DNA from: a virus
Taxonomy: Duplodnaviria > Caudoviricetes
Length of the DNA: 64,000 nucleotides
Reading direction: 5' to 3' (one strand)
IMG/VR virus record: IMGVR_UViG_3300036713_000599
A program made the position numbers and the translations under genes. The notes below the pieces were generated by a model. The model was not told the origin of the DNA, searched no databases, and saw nothing but the letters and a program-made list of their open reading frames with translations. Below are positions 16,784 to 26,367 of this stretch, one piece after another; the first letter of the stretch is position 1, and every line of letters starts with the position of its first letter.

Positions 16784-19700
16784 TGTCGTACGAGTACACC
16801 TATAGTCTGGCTGCTGACTTTGGTGGGGTGCTTCACGAGGATATCCTTGAATCCGAGATTGAGGTCGCGGATTTAGGGCAGACCGTGCAGAACGTTGGAC
16901 GCGACGACGACGTTGTGCATATCATTTTCCAAAATCAGCTCAGTCAAGCAAGCAAGACAGTCCTCGATGGTGGCCTAACCCAGACAGAAGAGTCACCGCC
17001 TCTTGGTGGCAGCATTCTGGCCAATCACCCTGTGGCTGTCCCGCAGGACACTGAAACCGGTGCTGTCTCCAAGACAGTGGACCCTACTATTAGTGACGGT
17101 TCCAGTGAAGGATATGAAGCTGGTTGGACGTGGACCAACGTTACGACAGGCAAGTCCTTTGTCTGTATTGACGCTACTGATGGTGTATCTGTGTGGAAGG
17201 GCGATTCGAACGATTTCGAAATCGCCAACAGGTTGATTGTCGGCAAATCTGGTGCCGTTGATTACACGAGCATCAAAGAGGCTTGTGCTGCTGCTGTCGC
17301 TGGTGGGGCAAGTTCAAGTAACCCGTGGATTATTCAAGTTTTTCCTGGAATATATAACGAAGACCCTATGACGATCCCAGCTGGGGTCCAGGTCGACGCG
17401 TCTTATGCGGCTCGTGGTGGTTTGGTCGAAGTGGTTGCTAATTCGGCCACTGAAGATCTTTTTACGATGACCGGTGGTTCAGTCGACGGCGTTAGAGCGT
17501 CAGGTGTTACAGACGCGACCAAGGCGCTTTTTCGTTGTTCTGTTCCATTTTCGGCCACTTCACTTCGAGGTATTGGTGTAAAGAGGTGCTCTACTGGGAT
17601 TTTGGTTGAGGCTGGGGCAGTTGTTGTTGTCGCTAACCTAAGTACCACCGTGGTGGGTCCTGGTGACGCTATAGTGACTGCGGTTAAGGCAACGGGCTCT
17701 GGTACGACAGTTGTTTTGAACAGTTGTACCAGTTCGGTGCCTTTCGTTCATCCCGCGTACACTCAAAACCCTGTCCAAACAGTGCTCAGTGCTGAGGATT
17801 CGGCAACGGCGTTCGTTACAGGATCCTCGTTCAACAATGCGTACTACGACAACACTGCTGATATTGTAGTAGTCTCTGGTGGGGCGCGATGTACGATTCA
17901 GGGCTCTGTCTTCATTAACAGTAACAATGTTATTCGGATCGGTCCTTCTGGCTCCAATTCAACTGTCCTCCTTCAGGGCAGTGCATTTCAAAACAATGTT
18001 TTAAATTGGAAAATAGAGTCTTCCACTGGCACGATCTACACGGACGTTTCGTTTGATGCGGATAACCAGTCTGTTGTAACTGGAGGGAAGGTCAGTGGTT
18101 CCCTTATCGATGAATCGGATGACAGTTTTGTTATCACAGGCGCTGCAACGTACAGATATCCGTCAGGCCTTCAGCTCAGCTTGCCCGAATCTCTACACTA
18201 TCTGACGAGTTCTGGGAAATCTGAGGGTGGTGGGGTTACGGTTAATTCGGGCCTAGACGTCGACGTGGCAGCGGGCAAGGGACTTCTTAGAGGTACTGTT
18301 GGCGAAGGTGACGCTCAATTTGTTGAATGGGGTGCGGGCACTCTGACTCTTAGTGCAAGTACTACGAATTATGTGGTCTATGACTCAGGAACGTCCGACC
18401 TAGCCGTTCTGGTTTCTTCTCCATCGGTTTCGCAAATCTTGCTTGCGACTGTCGTGACAGGGGCAACAACCGTTCGATATCTGCACGACACCTCTCGTTT
18501 TTATCCGTATCTTCCAGAGAGAATCTACGAATACCTTCTAACTACTCGGAAAATTGCGTGGACTTCGGGCCTCGCTACAACACAGGGTAGTACTGCCCGC
18601 AAGTTGAATGTCTCCGGTGGGTCCTGGTACGTGGGTCCGGATTTGAAGACTGTCTCCGGTGGTACAGACGTCACATGGTCCTATTACTATGGGTCGGATG
18701 GAGCGACGGAAGTTGCGGCTCAAACTGAGCTGGATATTACGCAGTACGACAGTTCGGGGACACTCACCACGATGACTGCCGGGTATTTTCGAGCGGACAC
18801 CTTGGTCGTCACCTCTGATGGTAAGTGTAGTATTATTTACGGTAAGTCTCAATTCGATAACTCTGTTTCAGCTCAAAATGTGGCCAATTCTGCTGCTGCG
18901 ACATCATTTTTGGCTCAAACAGCATGCCATCTGGCTTTGGTTGTTGTAGAACAAGGAGTGGGGATCGACACGATTGTTGACGTTCGTCCTGACCCTAATG
19001 CAGCAACGGCAGGAGGTGGGGGTGGGGGTGGGGGTGGAGACCACAGTGCTCTGACTAACCTAGACAAACCAGGTGACCACTTGTGGGCCATGCTCCTCGA
19101 CGGATCTCGGCCTATGACCGGTGATCTGGACATGGGTGCTCAGGCCATCACGAATGTCGGTAATATCGACGGGGTGGGTGTTTCTGATCACAGTAGTCGT
19201 CATGACCCGGGTGGCTCCGATGCCCTAACTACGGGCGTGCCAGTGGCCGTCCAGGTCGGCGTGACACCTTCAGGGGGCTCAGGGTCCTCCTATGCTCTAA
19301 ATGACCACCAGCATGGTGTTGCGGCCGGTAGCGTGGGTGCTGTAGGTACTGCGAACAATAACGGGTCAGCGAGCACCGTGGCTCGGGCGGATCATGTTCA
19401 TGCGGGATTGACTCGCGATGCTGGTGATTTTTATCTTTTCACTGAGAAAACTGATACGGTACCGGCCGATCTTGTCCTTATAGAGGATTCCGAGGACACC
19501 AACAACAAAAAGAAGGTCCAGCTCAGCAACCTGCTTGATAACCAGGACACGAGTTACGCCGCAACGATCACGTCATGGACACCCTCGGGGGGCCGTAACT
19601 ACGCTGATGTAGTACATCATCTTGGGACCAAGGATGTTTTGGTTGAAGTGTATTCGGTAGACAACGATGAAACTGTCGGAGTTCACGCTGTCGACCGTCT

Positions 19701-20385
19701 TGACATAGATACGGTCCGAATCACCGTAAAGACCCCTGAGAACGTGCGTGTCCTCGTCACTACAGGGGGCTTTAGTCTTAGCGGTGGGATTGATTCTGAT
19801 GCGATCCACGACAATGTTGCTGGTGAGATTTCTCTAGTTTCTGAAAAAGTCACACCTGTCAGTGCTGACCTCCTCCTCATTGAGGATTCGGCGGACTCCA
19901 ATAACAAGAAGAGAATTCAGCTTGGAAATCTTCCAGGTGGTGGCGACGTCACGTCCACGTCGACCCTGGACGACAACACACTCATCCGAGGTGATACGCC
20001 AACCAAGGGCATTCAGGACAGTGGGATTCTGGTCAGCGATGACGACCAGATCAGCTCGGTCCAGACTCTCACTTTTGAAGGAGAGGTCGACAACGGGACA
20101 AGTGGTGCAAGTAAAACGGTGACTTGGGGTGCTGGACAAAAGCAACGGATTACGATCTCAGCTAACACGACTTTGACCTTTTCTGCTCCGCCTGGGGTAG
20201 GCAACTTCCTGCTTAAGTGTATCCAGGGGACGGGGGCCCCGTTCACCATCACGTGGCCGGCAACGGTCAAGTGGCCGGGAGGGGACGCACCGACACTGTC
20301 TTCGACGAACGGGGCTATCGATATCGTGTCTTTCTACTATGACGGCACCTCTTATTTTGGTGTCGCTAGTTTGGATTTTGCTTGA
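16783..20385 (+). CDS. Long fibre / tailspike with parallel beta-helix (pectin-lyase-like) region
   Basis: 1200 aa. VGKSGAVDYTSIKEACAAA is a typical beta-helix cap, followed by V/S/G/N-rich repeats; poly-Gly hinge; C-terminal QGTG..TITWPATVKWPGGDAPTL..D.VSF motif common at phage fibre C-termini. Confidence 0.7.
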   Translation: MSYEYTYSLAADFGGVLHEDILESEIEVADLGQTVQNVGRDDDVVHIIFQNQLSQASKTVLDGGLTQTEESPPLGGSILANHPVAVPQDTETGAVSKTVDPTISDGSSEGYEAGWTWTNVTTGKSFVCIDATDGVSVWKGDSNDFEIANRLIVGKSGAVDYTSIKEACAAAVAGGASSSNPWIIQVFPGIYNEDPMTIPAGVQVDASYAARGGLVEVVANSATEDLFTMTGGSVDGVRASGVTDATKALFRCSVPFSATSLRGIGVKRCSTGILVEAGAVVVVANLSTTVVGPGDAIVTAVKATGSGTTVVLNSCTSSVPFVHPAYTQNPVQTVLSAEDSATAFVTGSSFNNAYYDNTADIVVVSGGARCTIQGSVFINSNNVIRIGPSGSNSTVLLQGSAFQNNVLNWKIESSTGTIYTDVSFDADNQSVVTGGKVSGSLIDESDDSFVITGAATYRYPSGLQLSLPESLHYLTSSGKSEGGGVTVNSGLDVDVAAGKGLLRGTVGEGDAQFVEWGAGTLTLSASTTNYVVYDSGTSDLAVLVSSPSVSQILLATVVTGATTVRYLHDTSRFYPYLPERIYEYLLTTRKIAWTSGLATTQGSTARKLNVSGGSWYVGPDLKTVSGGTDVTWSYYYGSDGATEVAAQTELDITQYDSSGTLTTMTAGYFRADTLVVTSDGKCSIIYGKSQFDNSVSAQNVANSAAATSFLAQTACHLALVVVEQGVGIDTIVDVRPDPNAATAGGGGGGGGGDHSALTNLDKPGDHLWAMLLDGSRPMTGDLDMGAQAITNVGNIDGVGVSDHSSRHDPGGSDALTTGVPVAVQVGVTPSGGSGSSYALNDHQHGVAAGSVGAVGTANNNGSASTVARADHVHAGLTRDAGDFYLFTEKTDTVPADLVLIEDSEDTNNKKKVQLSNLLDNQDTSYAATITSWTPSGGRNYADVVHHLGTKDVLVEVYSVDNDETVGVHAVDRLDIDTVRITVKTPENVRVLVTTGGFSLSGGIDSDAIHDNVAGEISLVSEKVTPVSADLLLIEDSADSNNKKRIQLGNLPGGGDVTSTSTLDDNTLIRGDTPTKGIQDSGILVSDDDQISSVQTLTFEGEVDNGTSGASKTVTWGAGQKQRITISANTTLTFSAPPGVGNFLLKCIQGTGAPFTITWPATVKWPGGDAPTLSSTNGAIDIVSFYYDGTSYFGVASLDFA

Positions 20386-21563
20386 TGGTTACCAACTATT
20401 ATCGAGCTGAGCAGACGACCGAGCAGGGCACCACTAGCACTACCTTCGTGGATGTCTCGGGTACTACTGTAACGTTCACGCCTGGTGACACGAGCGAAGC
20501 TTGGGTGATTTTTGCCACTGGTGTGCTTCGATCTGATAGTACGGCGGAGACTGCGGCTGAGGTCCAGCTCGTTTACGGTGGTGTGACTCAGGACCTCGCA
20601 GGGCACCAAAACAACGATGCAACTACACCAAACGGTGCAGGATTCTTCCTCTTTGGCGTGATCACGTCAACCGTCTCTCTTCAGACGGTCAAGCTCCAAT
20701 TTCGGGCGGCTGCGGGGACGACCTATTTGGATAACGCTCGGGTCATTGCCGCCAAATTACCTCCCAATTCTGATTGGCAGTTTTTTGAGTCGGACGCAAT
20801 TACTCAGACAACTGGAGTCGATCAGCAGGTAGGCCAGCTCCAATTCACGCCGAGTTCGGCTGGAGATTACTACATTTTCGGAAAAATGAGCCATCGGGAA
20901 TTCCCTGGAGGCTCCACTTCTCAGGCATGGTTGGAATATGGATCGGACCTCCATCCCGACGCTCCTGTAGGGGTGCATCATAGTAATGCTCGGGATGCTT
21001 GGAATCCAATGAGCGTGGCAGTTCGAAAGACATTGCCTCTGTCACTACAGTCTTTCAACCTTCGGTTCACTTCATCCTCGTCGGGCGCAGGGACAAGTGA
21101 ACACCAGTACCGACGCATTTTAGCCTTCCGAGCGGATGTTTTCGAGGAAGATAACTACTCGGAGTCGCTCAGCCAGAGCACCTCAACTTCGGCTTCATTC
21201 ACTACGAAAAACAGTCTTGTTGTAGGAACACCTCCCTCTGAACGTGACTACCTTGTGATTCAAAGTGCTAGAATTTCGGGAGACAACTCCACAACGGGTC
21301 AAAAGTCTGGCGAGCTGCGGACAGGCGGTACACCGAAGATCAGGACGGACCACCACATCAACCGTGACGGGTCCTCGACGCAGGGTTATCACCATATGGC
21401 TGTCTACGCTGACGCCGTGTCGACATCTTCATCGGTGACTTATGACAATGGGTTTTTGTCTCCAGATGCCATCACAGTCCAGTGTGCTGAAAGTGTGATC
21501 ATTGTACTACGTTGGCCTGGAGCCGAAGACAACAACGCTCCCTTCTTTGGGATGAACTTCTAG
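20385..21563 (+). CDS. Structural protein with three tandem ~125-aa beta-sandwich repeats
   Basis: Repeat starts EQGTTSTTFVD, ESDAITQTTGVD and ESLSQSTSTSAS, each followed by an FTP/GDY-like motif; TGATG overlap with the upstream stop. Confidence 0.6.
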   Translation: MVTNYYRAEQTTEQGTTSTTFVDVSGTTVTFTPGDTSEAWVIFATGVLRSDSTAETAAEVQLVYGGVTQDLAGHQNNDATTPNGAGFFLFGVITSTVSLQTVKLQFRAAAGTTYLDNARVIAAKLPPNSDWQFFESDAITQTTGVDQQVGQLQFTPSSAGDYYIFGKMSHREFPGGSTSQAWLEYGSDLHPDAPVGVHHSNARDAWNPMSVAVRKTLPLSLQSFNLRFTSSSSGAGTSEHQYRRILAFRADVFEEDNYSESLSQSTSTSASFTTKNSLVVGTPPSERDYLVIQSARISGDNSTTGQKSGELRTGGTPKIRTDHHINRDGSSTQGYHHMAVYADAVSTSSSVTYDNGFLSPDAITVQCAESVIIVLRWPGAEDNNAPFFGMNF

Positions 21564-21572
21564 GAGGAAATA

Positions 21573-23801
21573 GTGGACTGGAAAGGCAAAATAGACTTCG
21601 AAGAACTGCCTTCGGTCGTGGGTTCCGACCTCCTATCTAAACTCGAAGACGAGTGGAGCGGACTGGTTGAGAAAACTTCTTTGGCGGATGCGGATTTAAT
21701 TCTCTTGGAGGACTCCGCTGACAGCGGTGCTAAGAAGAAAGTCCAGATTTCCAGCCTTCCTGGTCAAGAGTTGTACGATGCCGTCGTAGCTTCGTCTGGA
21801 GGGGATTACACGTTGCCTTCTGCGGCTTTTTCTGCGGGAGCTAAAAGCGTTTTTGTCCGGACGGGGACCTACAATGAAACGGCCAATGTCGTGGTTCCTG
21901 ATGGCGGGAAGTTGATTGGTGAGGATGACGTACAGATCAATCTTGGTCCTGGTTTTGAGGTAAACGTAGACGGGAATGGTGGCACGGTAGAGACGACTGG
22001 AACTGTTGCGTACACTAACGGTTCTAGTGCTGTGGTGGGTACGGGTACTGTATTCACGAATCTGAGCCCAGGTGACTACATCGCCTTAGGACCCTTGTTT
22101 TACGAGATTAGTTCGATCACAGACAATACAAACTTAACCATTGTAGGGATCTATAGAGGGTCGTCGCAGAGCGGCCAGGTGATGATCGGCACCTCGATGT
22201 TCACAGGTTGTGTCGTCTCCAACATCAGCCTTTCTGGGACTTTGGGTGTTGGCCTTCGTATTCGCGGCTGCACCGATACTGTTGTTGACAGAGTTACGGT
22301 TACGAGCTGTGGGGTTAATATCTCCGTGGCGGACGCTGGGACCGTTACTTTTAGCAGGGTTAATTCTTATCATAGTGCTGGTACAGGTTTCACGGTGGTT
22401 CGAGGTCGGAGCGTATCTCTGACGAACTGCCATCTGATGAACAATGTAGGTGCAGGTGTTACAATTACATCGGACTGTGATGCTTCTAAGTTGACGGCGT
22501 GTTGTTTGTCGAATAATGGGGCGGAAGGCCTCACGATCACGGGGGCTTCCAGGCACACTGTCATCCTGGGCTCTGTGGCTACATCTAACGCTACTAAAGG
22601 TCTCAATACAGAACCTGCTTCCGGTGCTACGACGATAGATTCCTGCCTTGTTGCCAATAATGGTACTATTGGTGTCGATTTTGACGGTGATGAAAATCTC
22701 ATCAATAATTGTGTGATCAAGGACAATGGTTCGGACGGCGTCTGGGGCGGGGATGATGGGATGGTCACTGCCTGCCACATTGAAGACAATGGTGGGAACG
22801 GCATCTCCTTATCTGGTGACATTAATACAATTATCACCAGCTGCAATATTCACGATAATACGCTGGACGGTATTAGTGTGGGTGCCACGGGCAACACAGG
22901 GATCCTGATCGTATCTAATAGAATTTACGCCAATGGCGGGAACGGTGTGACCATCCCTTCTAGTGTTGGGGCGAATGGTTGTCAGTTGCACGGGAACTTG
23001 ATTACGGGGCATACGACTGATGTGAGTAACGCCAATACGACCTTGGTTCGGTCGGTGGAGTCTGTTGGCAACCCCGTACGAGGCAACATTTTGTACTATG
23101 ATGGGTCGTCCTGGTCTAGATTGGCTCCTGGGGTTTCTGGTCAGGTTTTTCAAACCAGTGGTGCTGGCGCTGACCCAGTTTGGGCCGACGGTGGTAATGT
23201 GTTCGCCGCGGCCAACATTGCAGACAATGCCATCGTTCGAGGTGATGGTGGTGCCAAGGGTCTTCAAGGATCCGCGTGGGTCATTGATGACTCTGGGAAT
23301 CTTTCGTCTTCGAGTGGCAATCTTAATGGAGTCAAGCATTATCCGTCACAGGCTACCGACCCTGTGAGCCCTGCTCCTTCAGACGGAGATCGTTACTACA
23401 ACACGGTTCTCGGTGAAGAGATGAGATATGACGGCACTCGATCGAAATGGCTTAGTGTTGCGACACTTTGGGACGGGGGAGGTCGTAATGGGACAACGGG
23501 AGGGGGCGTGTACTATCGTCGGTATAACGGTATGCCATTCGCGGTAGGCGCGGGGTCTTTGGTTCGTAAGGGGACGATCACTGGAATCTCCTTCAATTGT
23601 TCGAACGCTGTGTCTCATGTTTTACAGGTTATGGTTGGAGGTAGTGTGGTGGCTACATTGGCATCCAATGGGGCTTTTTCTGCTTCGAATTATACGGTCA
23701 ATGCGGACTTCGATGAGGGAGTATTTTCACTTCTGAACGCTTCGGGGAGTTCTACCACAACGAATCTCCAGGCCACTGTCTACTATAAGCTGCGTGTGTA
23801 G
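21573..23801 (+). CDS. Tailspike-like protein with right-handed beta-helix (candidate polysaccharide depolymerase)
   Basis: AGGAGG RBS and GTG start; YDAVVASSGGDY..VFVRTGTY cap, then many NN.G.G / I.NC.I.DN repeats (NosD/Beta_helix-like). Confidence 0.75.
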   Translation: MDWKGKIDFEELPSVVGSDLLSKLEDEWSGLVEKTSLADADLILLEDSADSGAKKKVQISSLPGQELYDAVVASSGGDYTLPSAAFSAGAKSVFVRTGTYNETANVVVPDGGKLIGEDDVQINLGPGFEVNVDGNGGTVETTGTVAYTNGSSAVVGTGTVFTNLSPGDYIALGPLFYEISSITDNTNLTIVGIYRGSSQSGQVMIGTSMFTGCVVSNISLSGTLGVGLRIRGCTDTVVDRVTVTSCGVNISVADAGTVTFSRVNSYHSAGTGFTVVRGRSVSLTNCHLMNNVGAGVTITSDCDASKLTACCLSNNGAEGLTITGASRHTVILGSVATSNATKGLNTEPASGATTIDSCLVANNGTIGVDFDGDENLINNCVIKDNGSDGVWGGDDGMVTACHIEDNGGNGISLSGDINTIITSCNIHDNTLDGISVGATGNTGILIVSNRIYANGGNGVTIPSSVGANGCQLHGNLITGHTTDVSNANTTLVRSVESVGNPVRGNILYYDGSSWSRLAPGVSGQVFQTSGAGADPVWADGGNVFAAANIADNAIVRGDGGAKGLQGSAWVIDDSGNLSSSSGNLNGVKHYPSQATDPVSPAPSDGDRYYNTVLGEEMRYDGTRSKWLSVATLWDGGGRNGTTGGGVYYRRYNGMPFAVGAGSLVRKGTITGISFNCSNAVSHVLQVMVGGSVVATLASNGAFSASNYTVNADFDEGVFSLLNASGSSTTTNLQATVYYKLRV

Positions 23802-23809
23802 GAGAGATA

Positions 23810-25087
23810 ATGGCAGTCATTGCAAAAAATCAGACAGAGTCGGACGTCACTTTGACGGATCTTGCTGCCCCTGGGAGCGTCGTACCTGCAAGCGGTTCGC
23901 TTGATTTGCTCGTTGACAACACCTTTGTTGAGATCCAGAACAGCGGGCAGCTGAAGACTCTTATTGCCGCCGGAACCTTGCTTCTTAATGACGGGACCAA
24001 CGATCTGGATTTGGTGACCTCGTTGGCTTTCGTAGAGCACCCTTCAGGATTCCCTAAGACCTCGGGCGGTGTTCCAGTTCACACCCTTCTTCAGAGAAGT
24101 GTTGATGGCGTGCCCTTGGTGGCCCAGCAGCGACTTATTTTGGGACAAAAAGAGTTCTTGCGTACCGACAATGGTGCTGCCCTTATGAATATTGACGGAC
24201 GGCCTGCGGGTATTCCTGCGGTGGTCTGGAATGGTACGGGTGTGGGCGATACTGGAGGTGATTGGGCGGTGTCGGGGACAGGTTCGGAAACTGTTGGGTC
24301 GACGCACACTGGTACCAGTGGGTGGGACACCGGGGTGATGTCCTTGGGCAACTTTTTCGATTTCGACAACGGCACTCTCGTTGATGTGGCCAACGCCTAC
24401 TCTCAGCTTCGTTTTTGGATTCAACCGAAGGCGTGGCCGGTTAGATCCAGACTAGAGGTGGGCTTCTTGGACGACAGTGGTGCCCTTGTTGGTAAATGGC
24501 GGCGGGTTGAGACGTATACCGCGAATATGGACTTGGACACCTGGCAACAAGTGTTCATCCCTGTTGCTGATTTTTCCCTGACGTCTTCTGTACAAAAGCT
24601 TCAATTTCGGGCAAATAAAACAAACGGCCAACACTTCTTTTTGGACAATGTTGAATTGGTTCCTGCTGGAGGAGCAGGGCCCTATTGTTTTCGGGTAGCG
24701 GCTCCTGACGCTAGCACGCGACTACATGTGTCAATGGTGGTTATTGTTGTTGCCGCTCCCTCGGTTGGCTGGAATCCCTCCTCTTTTGCGAATATTGCAG
24801 GAGGTCTGACCGGTGGGTTGTTGGTGCGCCAACGACGGTTGAGTGATGGGGAGATAATTTGGCGGTTGAACAGTAAAAATAACATTGACTTGTTTGGCCG
24901 CTTCCACCCTCAGGACGACATCACGTTTGCCAATGGTGACCTTCTTGTCGGGTTTATGATCAAGCCCGGTAAAGCCTCGGTGACCGCGACCGATGACGAG
25001 GTGTTGGAGATCGTGGTTTGTGACGATCTGTCTAGTCTGAGCGAATTGCGTGGGTATGCCCACTATGGTACGGAGGTGGCGACGTGA
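23810..25087 (+). CDS. Structural protein with putative carbohydrate-binding (galactose-binding-like) domain
   Basis: YSQLRFWIQ...LDTWQQVFIPVADF...KLQFRA...FFLDNVEL resembles CBM11/galactose-binding jelly-roll signatures. Confidence 0.55.
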   Translation: MAVIAKNQTESDVTLTDLAAPGSVVPASGSLDLLVDNTFVEIQNSGQLKTLIAAGTLLLNDGTNDLDLVTSLAFVEHPSGFPKTSGGVPVHTLLQRSVDGVPLVAQQRLILGQKEFLRTDNGAALMNIDGRPAGIPAVVWNGTGVGDTGGDWAVSGTGSETVGSTHTGTSGWDTGVMSLGNFFDFDNGTLVDVANAYSQLRFWIQPKAWPVRSRLEVGFLDDSGALVGKWRRVETYTANMDLDTWQQVFIPVADFSLTSSVQKLQFRANKTNGQHFFLDNVELVPAGGAGPYCFRVAAPDASTRLHVSMVVIVVAAPSVGWNPSSFANIAGGLTGGLLVRQRRLSDGEIIWRLNSKNNIDLFGRFHPQDDITFANGDLLVGFMIKPGKASVTATDDEVLEIVVCDDLSSLSELRGYAHYGTEVAT

Positions 25088-26253
25088 GCATCAATTTGGA
25101 GAAGGCTAGAGTACAGGATGATGGCGTTCCTCTTGTGGCCTCTTCGCCTCGTGTAGGCAGCGAAGTGGTCGTCGCCAGCCACAACTTTTGCGATAAAACT
25201 ACCTGGTTTAGTAACAGTTCCCGTGAAACCGACCACTCGATGGTCGATTCAGGCGACGGTCTGAGGTGGACAAGCGGCCACATTGACTGGATTGATATGG
25301 TAAGTGGTCGCATCCACAACCAGGAGAAATTTTCAGCCTATGTAGAACATGGTTACAGTGTGGTGGTTAAAGTAGACGGGGTCGAGAAAAGTGCTTGTCC
25401 ACCCTTTAAGTTTGCTAGTTCAGACGGAGACTACTGGATCGACTATGATGCGGGCGAGATTAATTTTTTCGTTTCCCAGTCGGGTAAGACTGTCACGGCT
25501 AGTTTCAGTTATGCGGTTAATTCGGAATACGTCCTCGCTCCTAAGGCTGGCAAGATTCTTCGGATAGAAGACGCGGAAACCGATTTTAGTAACGACATCG
25601 TCCTGAACACAAGTTTCGGCTATATTGTCAAAGGTTATGTGGATGCTTTTGCCCCTCACATGGTTCGAGGTGCCAGTACGGAACATAATCCGGTCCTGGA
25701 CAAAGATTTGTCTACCCCTCCCAGTAGTCCCGTCTTAGGGGATCGTTACGTTGTTGCTGCGAGCGCCACAGGTGATTGGAGCACTTACGATGGACATATT
25801 GCGGAGTGGGGCGGTTCAGCTTGGGTTTTCACTGCTCCAGATGAAGAAGAGTGGGTGACGGTTATCGACGAGATCTCGACAGGTCCTTACTATACTTGGC
25901 GTGGCGGGCAATGGGCCTTCACTCTCCCTGCTGGAACTAAGATCCCTATTCAAGAGGATTACTACCACCGGGTGAGTCAGATCATAGCTGAAGCACGCGG
26001 TGCTCACCCGTCAGTCATAGCTGTAGGAGCTTCGCAAACGCACAAGGCCTTGACAGACATTAAAGAATTTCGTCGAAAATCTAGAGGTATGAGGTGCGGT
26101 GTTCAGGCAATCCCTTTCAGATATGGTACTGCCAGGGACCTACATTCGGCCTATGGTATGGAGTTGGTGGTTTCGCTAGTTGATGACACTAATTCTCTGG
26201 AGGGAGAGAGCCTGACCATTACCTTCTATTGCACAAGCATGAGTGAGGCGTGA
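25084..26253 (+). CDS. Structural protein with an intact DUF2793-like domain
   Basis: PVLDKDLSTPPSSPVLGDRYVVAASATGDWSTYDGHIAEWGGSAWVFTAPDEEEWVTVIDE at ~25690-25870. Confidence 0.65.
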   Translation: MSINLEKARVQDDGVPLVASSPRVGSEVVVASHNFCDKTTWFSNSSRETDHSMVDSGDGLRWTSGHIDWIDMVSGRIHNQEKFSAYVEHGYSVVVKVDGVEKSACPPFKFASSDGDYWIDYDAGEINFFVSQSGKTVTASFSYAVNSEYVLAPKAGKILRIEDAETDFSNDIVLNTSFGYIVKGYVDAFAPHMVRGASTEHNPVLDKDLSTPPSSPVLGDRYVVAASATGDWSTYDGHIAEWGGSAWVFTAPDEEEWVTVIDEISTGPYYTWRGGQWAFTLPAGTKIPIQEDYYHRVSQIIAEARGAHPSVIAVGASQTHKALTDIKEFRRKSRGMRCGVQAIPFRYGTARDLHSAYGMELVVSLVDDTNSLEGESLTITFYCTSMSEA

Positions 26254-26367
26254 TTCGATTAATTTAGGAGCCTCTGCCAGGTATGGTCTGGGTTCGAGTA
26301 GACCGGTATATGAAGGGCTTCAGCCTCTCAATGGCGCACTCAAAGTAACCTTGAAAGAAGTGAGATA

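Noticed and set aside
19012-19037. Functional G-quadruplex
   Set aside because: Only three long G-runs, fully explained by poly-Gly codons; kept only as a possible slippage or hinge site.
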